From Gemmatimonadaceae bacterium (GTDB lineage Bacteria > Gemmatimonadota > Gemmatimonadetes > Gemmatimonadales > Gemmatimonadaceae), in contig JANRJP010000089.1 in the NCBI GenBank assembly GCA_033763905.1, positions 1 to 18,824 on the forward strand: DNA of 18,824 bases. Reading direction: 5' to 3'. A program made the position numbers and the translations under genes. The notes beneath the pieces were generated by a model. That model was not told the DNA's origin. It worked only from the letters and a program-made list of their open reading frames with translations, and did no database searches. Shown piece after piece: positions 16,971-18,824 of the stretch (position 1 is the first letter of the stretch; the number at the start of each line of letters is the position of its first letter).

Positions 16971-17021
16971 GCACTGCAGCAGGCGCGCCGGCGAACCCTC
17001 ACCGGCGCGCCTGCTGTGTGC
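16971..17021. terminator. Long GC-rich hairpin between convergent GH3 and MFS genes
   Basis: Perfect 15-bp inverted repeat CAGCAGGCGCGCCGG (16977-16991) / CCGGCGCGCCTGCTG (17002-17016), extendable by GCAC/GTGC. No U-tract on either side. Confidence 0.6.
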
Positions 17022-18566
17022 TCAGGCCGGGAGCGGCGCTCCCGGCTTGCCGCGGCGAGCTTCCAAGGCGTCGCGGGTCTCGCGGGCCTTGGCTTCGGTG
17101 ATCGGGTACTTGGCAATCGCCCAGATCGCGACGGCCGACGCAATGGCGGGCACGAACACATCGCAGAGCCGCATCAGCAGCAGCGTGCGCGGCGTCTGTG
17201 CTCCACCGAGCGCCACATCGAACCCGGTGGCGTTGAGCAGGAAGCCGCCCGCTGCCAACGCGGCCGCCATCCCGACCTTGACAACCCACCAGTAGATCGA
17301 GCCGAACATCCCTTCGCGACGCTGATGCGTCTCGAGTTCGTCGGCATCTACGACATCCGCGATCATTGCGCCCATCAGCGTGAAGAGCCCGCCCAGGCCG
17401 AAGGCCAACAAGGGCGTGGGGACCAGAATGAGCCAAGGCCGCGACGGGTCATAGCAGAACCACTTGAGCAGATACCCGACGATCGACAACCCGGTCGACA
17501 CGAAGAAGGCTTTCCGCTTGCCGATCCGTGTCGCGAGCCACGTGATGAAGAAGATCACCAGGAAGGTCGAAATGGCGCCCAGCGTCCCCGCGTATCCGGC
17601 GTAGCGTGACCCGGCTTCCTGGTCTCCACCGAAGACGTAGTAGATGATCACGTACGACTGGAACGACGAGATCATGATGAAGCCGTTGAACACCAGGAAC
17701 GTGGCGCCGCAGAGCTTGAGGTACGGGGCGGAACCCAGCGTGGTCTTGAATCCCTTGAAGAAGGCGACGGTGTTGCGCTTGACCGAGTCGAACCACGGCT
17801 CGGTTGGTGCGTCGGGCGCCACACCAGCCGGCGCCGCGACATAGCGCTCGCGCAGCACGATCGCGGGAATGATCCCGACGGCAATCGCCACGGCCCCGAT
17901 CGCCAACGCGAGGCCTGCGGCGCCTTCCTTCGGCGTCGCGAACCATTCCTTCTTGGTCATCATCCACAGGAACCACGGCGAGATCAGGTATGCGATCTGG
18001 CCGATGAAGTTCTGCACACCCATCAGTCGGGTGCGCTCGTGGTAGTCGGGCGTCAGTTCATAGCCGAGCGCCACCCACGGCGTCGCGAAAATCGTGTAGC
18101 CGCCGTAGAAGATCGTCGAGCCGATCGTGAAGTACCAGAAGTAGAACATTTCGCTGCGCCCGTCGGGCAGCAGCCAGAGTGCGGCGTAGGTCAGCCCTGA
18201 CAGAATCGCGCCGGCGAAGATGTAGGGCCGGCGTCGTCCCCACCGAGAGCGGGTGGTGTCGGAGATGTATCCCATAATGGGATCGGTGAGCGCGTCGGTG
18301 ACACGCGGCAGCGCACCAGCCAATCCCACCAGCGCCGGATTCATCCCCAAGCCGAGATTGAGGATGATGATCATCCCGCCGATCGCCGCCGCGAGCAGGT
18401 TGTTCACGAAGGCGCCAAGCCCGTAGGCGATCTTGTGCGAGAACGGGATGCGATCCTGCGGCAGCGTTGGCGGCGTTGCCGCGTACTCGGCGGTGCGCGC
18501 GGTCCCGAGGCGAGTATGCCACGCCGCGATCGCCAGCTGCACGAGCGTGCGGCGCTTCGGGGGCAT
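17022..18566 (-). CDS. MFS transporter, glycoside-pentoside-hexuronide (MelB/GPH) family
   Basis: DALTDPIMGYISDTTRSRWGRRRPYI, ELTPDYHERTRL, MIADVVD.DEL....RREGMF and about 12 hydrophobic segments. ATG 18566 overlaps the GH16 stop (TGATG) with AGGAG at 18579-18575. Confidence 0.95.
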   Translation of the reverse strand: MPPKRRTLVQLAIAAWHTRLGTARTAEYAATPPTLPQDRIPFSHKIAYGLGAFVNNLLAAAIGGMIIILNLGLGMNPALVGLAGALPRVTDALTDPIMGYISDTTRSRWGRRRPYIFAGAILSGLTYAALWLLPDGRSEMFYFWYFTIGSTIFYGGYTIFATPWVALGYELTPDYHERTRLMGVQNFIGQIAYLISPWFLWMMTKKEWFATPKEGAAGLALAIGAVAIAVGIIPAIVLRERYVAAPAGVAPDAPTEPWFDSVKRNTVAFFKGFKTTLGSAPYLKLCGATFLVFNGFIMISSFQSYVIIYYVFGGDQEAGSRYAGYAGTLGAISTFLVIFFITWLATRIGKRKAFFVSTGLSIVGYLLKWFCYDPSRPWLILVPTPLLAFGLGGLFTLMGAMIADVVDADELETHQRREGMFGSIYWWVVKVGMAAALAAGGFLLNATGFDVALGGAQTPRTLLLMRLCDVFVPAIASAVAIWAIAKYPITEAKARETRDALEARRGKPGAPLPA

Positions 18567-18823
18567 CAGTTCTTCTCCTGATACACGCGTACCCAATCGA
18601 CGACCAACTGCTGCGGGAACGTCGTGTTGGCGCCTACCGGCCCGACGAAGGTGCCGCCGACGGCGACGTTCAGAATGATGTAGAAGGGATGGTTGTACAC
18701 CCACTGCCCTGGGACGTCGTCCGCGTTCACGCGGTGGAAGAGCACGTCGTCCACGTAGAAGCGGATCTGCCGCCGCTCCCAATCCACGCGGAAGGTGTGG
18801 AACTCGGTGTCGAAGGTCCCGCT
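18566..18823 (-). CDS. GH16 laminarinase-type beta-glucanase, C-terminal part (5'-truncated by window edge)
   Basis: FHTFRVDWERRQIRFYVDD...HPFYIILNVAVGG...FPQQLVVDWVRVYQ is the characteristic GH16 C-terminus. The catalytic EIDI.E motif lies outside the window. Confidence 0.9.
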   Translation of the reverse strand, partial: SGTFDTEFHTFRVDWERRQIRFYVDDVLFHRVNADDVPGQWVYNHPFYIILNVAVGGTFVGPVGANTTFPQQLVVDWVRVYQEKN

Positions 18824-18824
18824 G

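Noticed and set aside
1..18824. CRISPR array, tRNA, transposase/integrase, prophage or defence genes
   Set aside because: No regularly spaced direct repeats, cloverleaf or relevant protein motifs seen; intergenic gaps are short.

Overview
High-GC bacterial window, almost fully coding. Gene content tentatively suggests a Gram-negative soil or aquatic lineage such as Gemmatimonadota (inference). It has four parts. (1) 1-2102: a partial ABM/LsrG-type gene, an RsmC-like methyltransferase and a convergent RsuA-family pseudouridine synthase. Upstream of the latter is a ~175-nt minus-strand unit: an extended -10, a 13-nt perfect complement of the 16S rRNA 3' end, a 14-codon TTG ORF and an intrinsic terminator. 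(2) 2367-6030: a secreted hypothetical, a 714-aa EF-hand membrane protein, a DinB-like protein and a YjdI-like Fe-S protein. (3) 6151-9604: a five-gene ECF module (lipoprotein, ECF sigma, single-pass CBM48 anti-sigma candidate, secreted helical protein, putative beta-barrel with C-terminal CBM48-like domain), a candidate alpha-glucan-sensing envelope signalling system. (4) 9714-18824: a beta-glucan utilisation locus. A clan GH-A hydrolase fused to a putative outer-membrane barrel sits behind a palindromic operator, followed by two signal-peptide-less GH3 enzymes and a convergent GH16 plus GPH-type MFS transporter. No rRNA, tRNA, CRISPR or mobile element was seen. All family calls come from motif recognition by eye; no database searches were run.
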